Program-made: the position numbers and the translations under genes
In this document: positions 1 through 9,659 of the stretch, one piece after another
Layout: every line of letters starts with the position of its first letter
How positions within the stretch are numbered: the stretch's first letter is position 1
Virus record (IMG/VR): IMGVR_UViG_3300023238_000004
Direction: 5' to 3' (one strand)
Origin: a virus
Length of the DNA: 64,000 nt
The notes under the pieces: generated by a model
Database searches by the model: none
The model's input: the letters and a program-made list of their open reading frames with translations, nothing else
Told to the model about the DNA's origin: nothing

Positions 1-2
1 TT

Positions 3-3000
3 GATCATAAAGAGTTTGAAGTCGGTAGGGCATTTAAGGAAAAAGCTAGCGATGATTTCTTTGTAGTAGACGAGATCTACTTAAAGATTAGAGCTAAGAA
101 AGAAGTTGGATCAAGAGACTATGCCCTTGACGTAGTCGGGTGGAGCGATGACAACCTATTGAACGTAACTTCTCAGGTTGGTGGATTCTTACAAAACACA
201 ACTGGAACCGGAGTTGTACCAGTTGAGTCGGGATGGAACAATTTAGACAACGAAGGAATCTCATCAGAATCACTCTCCGAGCAGGATGAATACTATGAAT
301 ATGAAACGGTTCAGGGTCATGGTTCGGATCACTATAAGATATCTCCAGCTATTGTTGACTCGACTAGCTATAGAGATTACGAAGTTCCACTGGTAATAGA
401 AGTAGACGAGTTCAAGCTTGGGCTTCAAGATAGATCGAGTGCTTCGTTCTTCGAGAAGCTTTTCCTCGATATTTATCCTCTACCTAGCGGTGCTAGTATT
501 TCTAGTGCCGAACTATGTGTAAAATATACTCCTTCTAACGCTCTTCAATTTACAACCCTTGCTGGTGGTATTTCAAGAATTGAGCTAGATAGAAAAGAAG
601 GAAAATTCTTCCCAACGACTAGAACTGTCAATGACTTGCCAGTGAACAGGGAGGCTACGTCCTTAATTGAAAGCGTTCCACACGGATATGAGAGTCCCGC
701 CACCCTAAAGAGCAACTACGCTAGAAGATGGCGTGGTGTTGAGGGGATTACAAGCGGCCCATTCGATACGAATGCTTTCGACTTTGGATTTGAGAGCCAT
801 CAATTAGACTCTCCGTTCTTACTGGGGCACTTTGACTTCACTAACATTAGTGGGGACTCTGTATTCTCAAGACCAATGAACGACCTAAGTACGACTGTTG
901 GTACTTCTGTTGGAATCTCAGCAGAGCAAAATGTAGGCTTTAGATTCAAGAGTCCTACTTTAGTAAATACAAGCAATACATATCAGTCTATTGATTGGAA
1001 CGGCAAGACCGTAGACGCTTACGATAGCGTTACTAGACTTGCTAATAACATCTCATTTCCTGCACAGGACTTCTCAGAGGGATTTGCCTTTTACTTGAGG
1101 TTCTCTCCAGATGAAAACGCAACCGGCACTCCTACCGTATTGCTCAAAGATGGAGTTTCTATTGCATTCAATCATGACACTAATCAGTTCTCTGCTACCG
1201 TTTCTGGTGGCGGATCTGTAAGCTCTAGTGCCCAGCCCGATGCGGTCTTCCCCGCTTCTGTCGTGTTCACATATAACGACGCAGGTTCAGGAAAAGCTAA
1301 GCTCTATGTTAAGTATGAAAACAAGGATATCGAGAAGTCTCAAATTCCTAGTTTCTCAAGGGTTGATACTCCTGGTCAAATTCTTGTAGCTCCAGCTAAT
1401 AATCTTTATCATGAAATTGGAATCTCTGCTGGTAATGGCTCTGGCGTAAACCTAGTCGATGGCGACGAAGTTTCGCCCAACCCTCTTTACAAGCAGCAAA
1501 CAGTACAGAGTTTCTTAAACGCACAATCAGTTCATTGGACTGACTCTAATGGCGTATGGAGTGACGACTCCTACGTCTTGCCGAGCTATATCGACGGAGA
1601 CACATTAGATTGGAACCTAGGGGCATTTAACTGGAAACAGTTCACCCCTCACGAATTCGACATGTTCACGCAGCGTATCGGAAAAGACGCAATCAACTTT
1701 AGACTAGTTGGGGACGGAGTGCCCTATGCTAACAAGACAGATTTGCCCTTCCCATCTGATATTGACTCTTCCGTCAGTTACCACACTCAGGCAGAGAATG
1801 ACTTCCTTAGGATTAACCTAACAGACTCTCTTCCTAATTTCTATTCAGCCTCTCCGAGAATTGCCAAAGCTCTTCCTCGTGGCTATCACTTCGACGAGAA
1901 GTCTATTGTAGTTGACAGTATTATCAGTTACGCACAGTCTGGAGAGATTGTGTGGCCAGATGGAAACGTTGGCCCTAAGCTTATCGTATCTGTTTACACT
2001 AGAAACCAAGAAGACGAAGAGATTGGTACTCACAATTGGGGTCTTGTTAATAGAAAATCCCACTACTTGAATCCTAACAATAGGTGGTCCAAGCTGGAGA
2101 GCACGTTTGACCTAGAGTCTCTGCTTGATGAAAGCGAGAAGTGGTCCGTATTCCCAGAAGAGAAGAGGCTAAGCGAATTCAATCACAGGTACTTTTCTAA
2201 AGACGCCGACGAGATGTTCTTACAGTATGACCTTGTGACTCCGTCTGGCGACGAGTTTGAAGTTAACTTGAATATCCACTCAGCTAATTTGAGAATGGAG
2301 AACGCTTTCATTAAGCCCACGTTAGTAGATCAGGCTTTGAATGTATTCACTAGTGGAGAGTCTTACTCGTACTCACCAATGCCTCTGTATGTTGACCCAA
2401 TTGGTCTCGAAATAGAAAGCATGAATCTATACATGTCTGGAGTTCCAACTCCAGTAGACCTTGGTGCTGTTAATCTTTCTACTTCTGGTGCTTACTTTGA
2501 GACTTCTCAAATGTCAATGCACTTAGTAAACAAAGAGACAGTAGAAAACAGTGGACTACCTATTGCGACAAGTGGGAACTATCGCGTTGAAGCGGAAATG
2601 AACTTGGTTTCGTTTAATGACGACCCAGTTCTCCCTTCCGAAATGTTCCTGCCTCTCCACATGTTTGGTAGTGCCACTAATGCAGATCTTTCAAGAAGTA
2701 TTTCTATGACTGCCTATAGCTCTTTATCTAGTAGCCAGGGCGCCCTAAGTGGCGTCTTGCCTATGAAGATGGTTGCTTCTCGTGGCTTCCAAGATGTATT
2801 TGCCGATAACGCTATGCCGCTATTCACAGACTCCCCTACGGAGTTTGGAGATAGTATGAACCTAGTGCTGTTTGGAAGAGAGAACGAAGGGTTGAAAACA
2901 GACTCATTCATGAACTTGTATAACAAGTGCTTCCCAGCGGTTTACTTAAACGGCAGCGGAGATTCTTACGTTTCTTGGAACAATAGAAACGTTGGACGAA

Positions 3001-6000
3001 ACACCGAAGAGATTGACGAGGGGCTATTGACTGTTCCTTCTATTGATCTTATTAGAGGTACGCAAACTATTTGTTGGGGCGATTGCTCTGCTGTAGATGA
3101 CAACCCATGCGTTGAGCAAGACATCATTACTCACGATACAAATTGGGCCAACAAAGAGTGCGTTGACGGCGGTATCCTTAGACCTAGTACGACATATCGA
3201 AACTCAGGCGAATTCGCCTTCGGCAATGAGGACGCTGGTACATACAACGGACACTTCTACGGCTCCAGAAAATATCAGGGACTATTCCCCAACACTCCTT
3301 ATACGATTACTGTTGTCGGCAAGACCGGAGACAAGAAATCTATCGCCCTTCCTCCTAAGTTTGAAGAGTGGGAATACGGTACGCTTGGAGATATTGACTT
3401 TGAAGGATTCAAGCATGTTGCAGAAGAAAGACACGAGGGCGATCTTTACGGGAAGTGCGTGAAGGTTAAGGGTGAGATCATGGGAGTTGGTGCTCCAGGT
3501 CACGACTTGGGTATCTACAAAGAGGCCGGTGCTATCTTCCTCTATAGAAGACAAGAAGAAGAAGGTGGAGAAAAGAAGCCTTGGGATCTTGAGACTAAGC
3601 TTACACTTCCTTCTGGGTTTATTGGTGACTGGTACTACGACAGGGGTGGAAAGATTTCGTTCCCAGGTATCGGTACGATCCCAGAGAAGCAGTGGAACAT
3701 TGGACAAGAGGGTCGAGAGCTTGGTCACTCGTTTGATATCGCTGTAACTAAAGATAGAGAAGTCATTGTAGCGGGTGGCCCTGGTGCTAAGTGGGACACT
3801 AGAGGCTTTGAAGAGATTGAAACATCTGGCGTTAATGTCGCTATCATGGTGTTCAATAATGAGTTCTCATACGATCAAGACCAAATTAAAGAGATAATGG
3901 ACAATATTGACATCCACAATTTCCTTTACAGATACTTTGCAGAGCCAGCGGTAAACATTAACTTAAAGATCATCAGTTGCATTCCAACAGGAATCTTTGA
4001 CCAAAGTGTATACACCGAGCCTGGAATTGAAAATCTGATTGTAGGAACTATCCCTAGGGCAATCCCTAGCAAGCCAGAAGACCCAGCGGTAACCGCTGAG
4101 ATGCTTAGTGGAATTAAGAGTAGCTTCTTTGAGGCTTTCCCTTATGATGAAACACAGGTCAACAATAATATTCCTCCTATTGTTGGCTTCTACGTTGACA
4201 ATAGTAGGTCTCTTGGTAGACCGGTAGTTGAGCCAGCTATCGATCAGTTCGTCAACTTCTACAAAAACTACTCATTCCAAAGTGGAGTGAGAGATTTCTA
4301 TGACAATCCTGCAAGCGGATACATTTATGAGTACACTCCAACAGACGAAGACCAGGGTGAAGACTGGTTCAAGATCTCCAACAATCTTGTCAATAACTTA
4401 CTCGACACTGGAAACCTATACGATGGTGGACATCACACCCTCATTACTTCTGGTATTGGCCTTGAGTTCGCTGATGAGCAAGCTATTGACTTTAACCTAA
4501 GCCCAGAAAGTGGCGGTAGAGTTTATGTTTTTGAAAAAGAGTTTGGCGATTGGAGCTTAATGCAAGAGATCAAATCTCCCGTTTCTGCACCTGACAAACT
4601 ACCAGCAAGATTTGGCCACGCCGTTTCTATCAGTGACGACGCCTCTGTTTTCTCTATAGGTTCTCCTTTTATTAGAGAGTCGTGCTCGATGTATCAATTT
4701 GCAGACGGAGAGAGAAACAGGCTATATGACAACATTGGAAGATGGTTAAAGTTCAGAAATGACGCAACTGTTACTCTTGGACAGTACTACAATAGACTTG
4801 CCGAGTATCAGGAGCTTGAGGTTGCATCTGGAGTCAGAGAAGCTGGAATGTCTATCTATGCAGATCTAAGCAGAACAGATAAGTTCAAAGCTAGATCAGA
4901 CTATGATTTCTGGAGAAATAACCACATTCAAGAATACAGAAAGGTTTTCAAGTATGGACTTGATGATATTGAGCGTGGACTAGAAGGCACATTCACAAAG
5001 ACAATGCGTCAGAATGCCCCCAACCCTAGACTTGGTTACAGCACTGCTGTTAGCGAGGATGGTCAGACTGTGGCTTTTGGTGCCCCTACCGACAGCATTG
5101 GTCAATACGAAGATGCCGCATTCTACTTCTTACATAAGGATGGAGAGTATCTATCTGAAAGTGGAGATCCAGAGTTCCCTAGAAGCCTGTGGGCCTCTAA
5201 TGTAAATGCTGGTGCCGTTAGAATGTTTGAGAAAGGTCAAGACTTTGAGCCCATCTCTGAGAGAAATGTGCTTGAGTACAACAAATTTGGAAACTTGAGT
5301 AATACCATAAACAACACAGGAGGATACGACGACGAAGGTAATGAGACAAATAGTACTGCCATTAGTCAAAACGAACACTACGACAAGACTGACTTTGGTG
5401 ATGTTTCAATTCCTAAGGATGTTGGATCTATTTTCATTATCACGCCTGAAATTGACGCTGCAAACGACGAAGTCATTGAAGAGATTAAGCGATGGATGAG
5501 CCTTGGCGATAGAAGGCTCGTTTTAGTAGGGGATGACCCTGTGTGGGAAAAGAACGGAGCATACGCAAAGTCTAACGAAATCATTAACAAGATTCTTGAG
5601 AAACTAGATTCTCGAATGAGACTACATCCAGCTAGAAACGAAAGAGAGGCCCTTATTGCTAATACCTCTTGTTCTGGTGAGATCGCCCCTAATGTTATCA
5701 AGTCTTACAAGCCTCAGGGTAGTAACAGTAGCAACGTAGAAATTGAAAATCACTTGTTTGGATACGGCGTTGCCGATATTCGGCTTCACGTTCCAAACGC
5801 AATCTTCAAAGAAGACAACTGGGGCAAAGATCATAGCATTGTAAATAATAAAAGGTATGGAAACTGTTCTTTTTACAATCCTAAGTGTGGACCTCCCATT
5901 GCCCATAACGGAGACTTGAGAGCTAGATGGATTGAGAGAGAGATTAAAGATCCACCCGACCCAGAAGCCAAAGATCCGTACACATACTGGGAGAGAAATC

Positions 6001-9000
6001 TACCCTTTGAATTTTATAGCAATGGACTTCCACCTGTAAAACCTGAGGATGCTGTTGACATCGCTAAAGATCTTAGTCTGGGTGGTCAGGGCGAGCAGCC
6101 TAGACCTCTTATGGTTGCTGCTGAGTTTACAGAAAACTACGGAATTATTCCAGCTAAGCCTGAAATTATTACAATAACACCTATAACTGAAACCACTTGT
6201 TTTCAGTCTAATACTTCTAATACTTACTACTTGTTTGACGACAACCACGTAGATGAGTTGGCTTTTTATTGGATGCAAGGTAGTGGTAATCAAAACTTCC
6301 TAGACACTAATATTGGAAGCAATCAAAGCGAAGGACGATTTTATAATCCCGAGTCGTTCAATGAAAGGGGCGCACTGCTACAAGCAGACGGAACGCTAGA
6401 CATTCAAGTTACAAGAGAAGAATTGACTGAAAGATTCCAAGTTGGAGATCCTGTCAACTATGTAGCTAAAGAATCAATTTCTGGTTCTGAGGTCTACTTA
6501 ATTGCTGGTACTGCCACTGAAAACCAAGTCGCCCTAACTACCGATAATGACGAAAACATTTCATTCTACGATAATCTTGTTAGAAATGCAAACTGCGATA
6601 ACGCATTTATCATTCAACTTGGAGGATGGACGGCTAGAAGCTCGTTTGCTAGTGCCGGAGAAGGTTCGTTATTAGGCAAGGTCTTTGATGCAATGGGTCA
6701 TAATTTAGTAGAGAACTGGGATGGCCCCATTATTCCTGCTTCTAAGGATGTCCTTTGGATCGCGAATGCAGACGGAGAGCCTGCCGCCCAAGACATTACT
6801 AAGATTAAAAATTGGTTAGCACTTGGAAAGAAGAAGCTTGTTATCACATACGAAGAACAAGAAGAACAATCTTCTAAGGCTTATAGGCTTTGCGAAAGCT
6901 TAGGACTTACTATGAAGCCTTGGTATCTTCCAGGTGCAAACAAGTTCCCAACAACAAGGGAAAGAATCTACGTCTCAAGAAAGAAGCTAGAAGTTCTACT
7001 GGACGACAAAGATCAGTCTATTGCTAGTTGTGACGGAAGCTTCTCTGTAGAGAACTTCACGCTTAACGCGACTTACTGCCCTGTCGATCTAAGATCTGGA
7101 GGAAAAGCTGTTGTATGGCAAGACGGAACTGTGAAAGATGAAAGACTTCAAGTCACAGAAGAGTACAAAGATATTTGGAGTATGAATACTGGTGTTGCTA
7201 AGGTTCAGTTTCCGGCTACTCCTGGCTCTGGATATAGGATCTTCTACAATTGGATTGCAGATAGACCAGAAGAGAAACAAGAAATCGATCTGTATGCAGG
7301 AGATATTCTCCACAAGATTAAGCCTGAAACAAGGGCCGGTAATCCGGCTACACTTATTGCTAGGACTGGCACTCCCATTAGAGACTATGACGAAAATAGA
7401 GATCTAAAAATTGTAGACTACGCATCTACTAGAGCTATTAAGCTAGAATCGCCCTCTTTTGGTACTGCTGTGTCAGAAGGCTATTTAGACGTTCAAGTTT
7501 CTAGCGACAAAGACTACCTTAGCTTGTTCTTCACTGGAAATAGAGACAAGATCAAGGTTAACGGAAATCAAGTGCCCACAACCTATAAACTCCTTTCTGT
7601 TTCTGGAGCCCCACTTCCTATCAACGAAGTGACAGAATACTTTACTTCGGAAAGATGTGAAACAAGAGAAATTGGATTTACGGAAGAAGTCACGCAAGAG
7701 TATGTTCCTCCTAAGGCCGTTCTGCTTCCTGCTACAATTAAGCCTATCATGAACGACAACACTAGATACTGCTTGACAGATATTTCTTGTGGTGGCAAGC
7801 TTGTGGCTGACGGTCCAGTTGTTATTGCAGAAGAGCCAGAGCACTTCTCAGACGGTGCTACTGGAAACTCAAGATCTAAAATTTTACTTATCTCTGATTC
7901 AACAATCGTTAATGGTTGCCTAGAAGAGACCGGAACTGGAGAGCCTTCGCTTGTAAGTGGAGTGCCAACCGTTCCTAATAATACAATGCTCGCCAGAGTT
8001 AACTCATTCCTGAATAGTTTGACGACAACTGAGACAACTCTGGTGGGCAACAAGACAGAACTTAATCTTGGGTATAAATATACCGAAAAGATTGTTTCTC
8101 CAGAGAAAGGTAGTCCAGCTATTTATTCTCTTAATCAGTCCAATATGGGGACTAAGTTTGGAGGTTTTGCTGGTGGTTCGCTAGAAGAGTTTGGCCACGA
8201 AAAAGATTACCAGCAGGGCAAAGTGGTTCAGAATGTTCATGAGAAAATTGATGAATTTGAAGAGGCTGAAAAGGCTGTTTTAGGAGAATTTGATTCTACT
8301 GTTCAAGGTTTTTCTAGTCCTAGATTTTCATACAACGGATATGTCGACGCTCCTATGAGCGGTAATCCATTTTCTGATTTACTAAGAGACACCGGAAAAG
8401 ACTTTTTAGATTATGATTTGCAATCTGGTTCATATCCAGGCGACCTATTTGGTCACAGTCTTGATATTCACAATAGCAAACTTGTTGTTGGTTCTCCATA
8501 CTCAGCCTACACTGGCGATTTACAGACAATTTCTGGCGTTTCTGAATTAGGTATAGAGGGAGGTGGTGGATCTGCTTACGTCTTTGAAAAGACTATACAG
8601 TTTGGCTGGGACGTCTCTAAGAAGTTAAAGCCAGAAGAGATAAGAAGCTTCGATAACTCAGATAGATTTGGATGGAGCGTTTCGATGGACGGCGACTTTG
8701 CGGCTATCTCAGCTCCAGGTCATGACTTTGGAAATTCAGTTGAATACACCAAGGGGGCTTTCGTAAGAAAAGAATTTAGTGCTGCGTTTGACATTGGTAC
8801 ACGTTCTGTTTCAAGCCTAGGCCCTGGTGAGACTCCAGCTTCTAACAACACTGGTGCTATCTTTACCTTTGAAAATAGACTATATGATTGGTCTAATAGG
8901 GCCAAAGACTGGACTTTCGCAGAAAAGCTTGTGCCTCACGGGTATGCTTCTGGTGAAGATACCTCTAGCTTTGGAAACTCTGTATCAATCTCAAGATTTG

Positions 9001-9659
9001 CTAGAAGAGACAGTGACTACTCAATGAGCGTAGGATCTCATAGACACACAAGTGGACTAGATGGATCTTACTCTCAAGAGAGTGGCGGTGGTGCTTCTTA
9101 CACATACGATGCTATGCTTAGAAATCAGCCTCCAGCTACTTTTAGTGAAGAATCATGGCTCAAGGCTAGTATTTTTGGACTAAACAGAGAGCTAGACGAA
9201 GTAAACCTTGAATTAGATCAATTAGGAGCATTTAACACCAACGAAGAAGTGATTGCCAAGGGTTTGATTTATTCAGACGCTAAGGGGCAAATCTTCTTAG
9301 AAGCTTCTGGTCAAGATCCTAGAGAATTAAGCTTTATAGTACAAAGACCATACATTGAAAGGATTGAAGGAGAAATTGTTCATGGTACTCCAGTCGAGGA
9401 GTTTATGCCTTTAACTTCTTACACCGACCCGTTTGACCTTAGCGGAAGCGTCAATTTGTTTATGCTTGGCCAAGAGTCTGACATAGTGTATAATAACCTA
9501 GACCTGTTCACTTATTCCGCCTACTCCGCCGAGTCTGGAGTCAGCCTGTTAGTCAAGGGTGATGCCCCAACTTTGACAGACAATTCATTGATTCTTTACG
9601 GAGGATCTGGATACGGAGTTCTTGATACTAATTTGGACCTTAGAGTTAGAGGAAAATAA
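3..9659 (+). CDS. Giant (>3200 aa, 5'-partial) putative virion/tail adhesin-like protein with FG-GAP/integrin-alpha-like repeats
   Basis: The frame is open from base 3 (DHKEFEVGRAF...), so the TTG at 159 is not the real start. Repeats such as LGHSFDI, RFGHAVSISDD, LGYSTAVSEDGQTVAFGAP, LFGHSLDI..KLVVGSP and RFGWSVSMDGDFAAISAPG are each followed by GxxYxF-like segments. Confidence 0.7.
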   Translation, partial: DHKEFEVGRAFKEKASDDFFVVDEIYLKIRAKKEVGSRDYALDVVGWSDDNLLNVTSQVGGFLQNTTGTGVVPVESGWNNLDNEGISSESLSEQDEYYEYETVQGHGSDHYKISPAIVDSTSYRDYEVPLVIEVDEFKLGLQDRSSASFFEKLFLDIYPLPSGASISSAELCVKYTPSNALQFTTLAGGISRIELDRKEGKFFPTTRTVNDLPVNREATSLIESVPHGYESPATLKSNYARRWRGVEGITSGPFDTNAFDFGFESHQLDSPFLLGHFDFTNISGDSVFSRPMNDLSTTVGTSVGISAEQNVGFRFKSPTLVNTSNTYQSIDWNGKTVDAYDSVTRLANNISFPAQDFSEGFAFYLRFSPDENATGTPTVLLKDGVSIAFNHDTNQFSATVSGGGSVSSSAQPDAVFPASVVFTYNDAGSGKAKLYVKYENKDIEKSQIPSFSRVDTPGQILVAPANNLYHEIGISAGNGSGVNLVDGDEVSPNPLYKQQTVQSFLNAQSVHWTDSNGVWSDDSYVLPSYIDGDTLDWNLGAFNWKQFTPHEFDMFTQRIGKDAINFRLVGDGVPYANKTDLPFPSDIDSSVSYHTQAENDFLRINLTDSLPNFYSASPRIAKALPRGYHFDEKSIVVDSIISYAQSGEIVWPDGNVGPKLIVSVYTRNQEDEEIGTHNWGLVNRKSHYLNPNNRWSKLESTFDLESLLDESEKWSVFPEEKRLSEFNHRYFSKDADEMFLQYDLVTPSGDEFEVNLNIHSANLRMENAFIKPTLVDQALNVFTSGESYSYSPMPLYVDPIGLEIESMNLYMSGVPTPVDLGAVNLSTSGAYFETSQMSMHLVNKETVENSGLPIATSGNYRVEAEMNLVSFNDDPVLPSEMFLPLHMFGSATNADLSRSISMTAYSSLSSSQGALSGVLPMKMVASRGFQDVFADNAMPLFTDSPTEFGDSMNLVLFGRENEGLKTDSFMNLYNKCFPAVYLNGSGDSYVSWNNRNVGRNTEEIDEGLLTVPSIDLIRGTQTICWGDCSAVDDNPCVEQDIITHDTNWANKECVDGGILRPSTTYRNSGEFAFGNEDAGTYNGHFYGSRKYQGLFPNTPYTITVVGKTGDKKSIALPPKFEEWEYGTLGDIDFEGFKHVAEERHEGDLYGKCVKVKGEIMGVGAPGHDLGIYKEAGAIFLYRRQEEEGGEKKPWDLETKLTLPSGFIGDWYYDRGGKISFPGIGTIPEKQWNIGQEGRELGHSFDIAVTKDREVIVAGGPGAKWDTRGFEEIETSGVNVAIMVFNNEFSYDQDQIKEIMDNIDIHNFLYRYFAEPAVNINLKIISCIPTGIFDQSVYTEPGIENLIVGTIPRAIPSKPEDPAVTAEMLSGIKSSFFEAFPYDETQVNNNIPPIVGFYVDNSRSLGRPVVEPAIDQFVNFYKNYSFQSGVRDFYDNPASGYIYEYTPTDEDQGEDWFKISNNLVNNLLDTGNLYDGGHHTLITSGIGLEFADEQAIDFNLSPESGGRVYVFEKEFGDWSLMQEIKSPVSAPDKLPARFGHAVSISDDASVFSIGSPFIRESCSMYQFADGERNRLYDNIGRWLKFRNDATVTLGQYYNRLAEYQELEVASGVREAGMSIYADLSRTDKFKARSDYDFWRNNHIQEYRKVFKYGLDDIERGLEGTFTKTMRQNAPNPRLGYSTAVSEDGQTVAFGAPTDSIGQYEDAAFYFLHKDGEYLSESGDPEFPRSLWASNVNAGAVRMFEKGQDFEPISERNVLEYNKFGNLSNTINNTGGYDDEGNETNSTAISQNEHYDKTDFGDVSIPKDVGSIFIITPEIDAANDEVIEEIKRWMSLGDRRLVLVGDDPVWEKNGAYAKSNEIINKILEKLDSRMRLHPARNEREALIANTSCSGEIAPNVIKSYKPQGSNSSNVEIENHLFGYGVADIRLHVPNAIFKEDNWGKDHSIVNNKRYGNCSFYNPKCGPPIAHNGDLRARWIEREIKDPPDPEAKDPYTYWERNLPFEFYSNGLPPVKPEDAVDIAKDLSLGGQGEQPRPLMVAAEFTENYGIIPAKPEIITITPITETTCFQSNTSNTYYLFDDNHVDELAFYWMQGSGNQNFLDTNIGSNQSEGRFYNPESFNERGALLQADGTLDIQVTREELTERFQVGDPVNYVAKESISGSEVYLIAGTATENQVALTTDNDENISFYDNLVRNANCDNAFIIQLGGWTARSSFASAGEGSLLGKVFDAMGHNLVENWDGPIIPASKDVLWIANADGEPAAQDITKIKNWLALGKKKLVITYEEQEEQSSKAYRLCESLGLTMKPWYLPGANKFPTTRERIYVSRKKLEVLLDDKDQSIASCDGSFSVENFTLNATYCPVDLRSGGKAVVWQDGTVKDERLQVTEEYKDIWSMNTGVAKVQFPATPGSGYRIFYNWIADRPEEKQEIDLYAGDILHKIKPETRAGNPATLIARTGTPIRDYDENRDLKIVDYASTRAIKLESPSFGTAVSEGYLDVQVSSDKDYLSLFFTGNRDKIKVNGNQVPTTYKLLSVSGAPLPINEVTEYFTSERCETREIGFTEEVTQEYVPPKAVLLPATIKPIMNDNTRYCLTDISCGGKLVADGPVVIAEEPEHFSDGATGNSRSKILLISDSTIVNGCLEETGTGEPSLVSGVPTVPNNTMLARVNSFLNSLTTTETTLVGNKTELNLGYKYTEKIVSPEKGSPAIYSLNQSNMGTKFGGFAGGSLEEFGHEKDYQQGKVVQNVHEKIDEFEEAEKAVLGEFDSTVQGFSSPRFSYNGYVDAPMSGNPFSDLLRDTGKDFLDYDLQSGSYPGDLFGHSLDIHNSKLVVGSPYSAYTGDLQTISGVSELGIEGGGGSAYVFEKTIQFGWDVSKKLKPEEIRSFDNSDRFGWSVSMDGDFAAISAPGHDFGNSVEYTKGAFVRKEFSAAFDIGTRSVSSLGPGETPASNNTGAIFTFENRLYDWSNRAKDWTFAEKLVPHGYASGEDTSSFGNSVSISRFARRDSDYSMSVGSHRHTSGLDGSYSQESGGGASYTYDAMLRNQPPATFSEESWLKASIFGLNRELDEVNLELDQLGAFNTNEEVIAKGLIYSDAKGQIFLEASGQDPRELSFIVQRPYIERIEGEIVHGTPVEEFMPLTSYTDPFDLSGSVNLFMLGQESDIVYNNLDLFTYSAYSAESGVSLLVKGDAPTLTDNSLILYGGSGYGVLDTNLDLRVRGK
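9486..9495 (+). promoter_or_regulatory. GTGTATAATA motif (putative late-type promoter) inside the 3' end of the giant gene
   Basis: Exact match to the motif at 21085, 45751 and 57682; lies ~165 nt upstream of the next ATG. It could be coincidental because it is within coding sequence. Confidence 0.4.
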
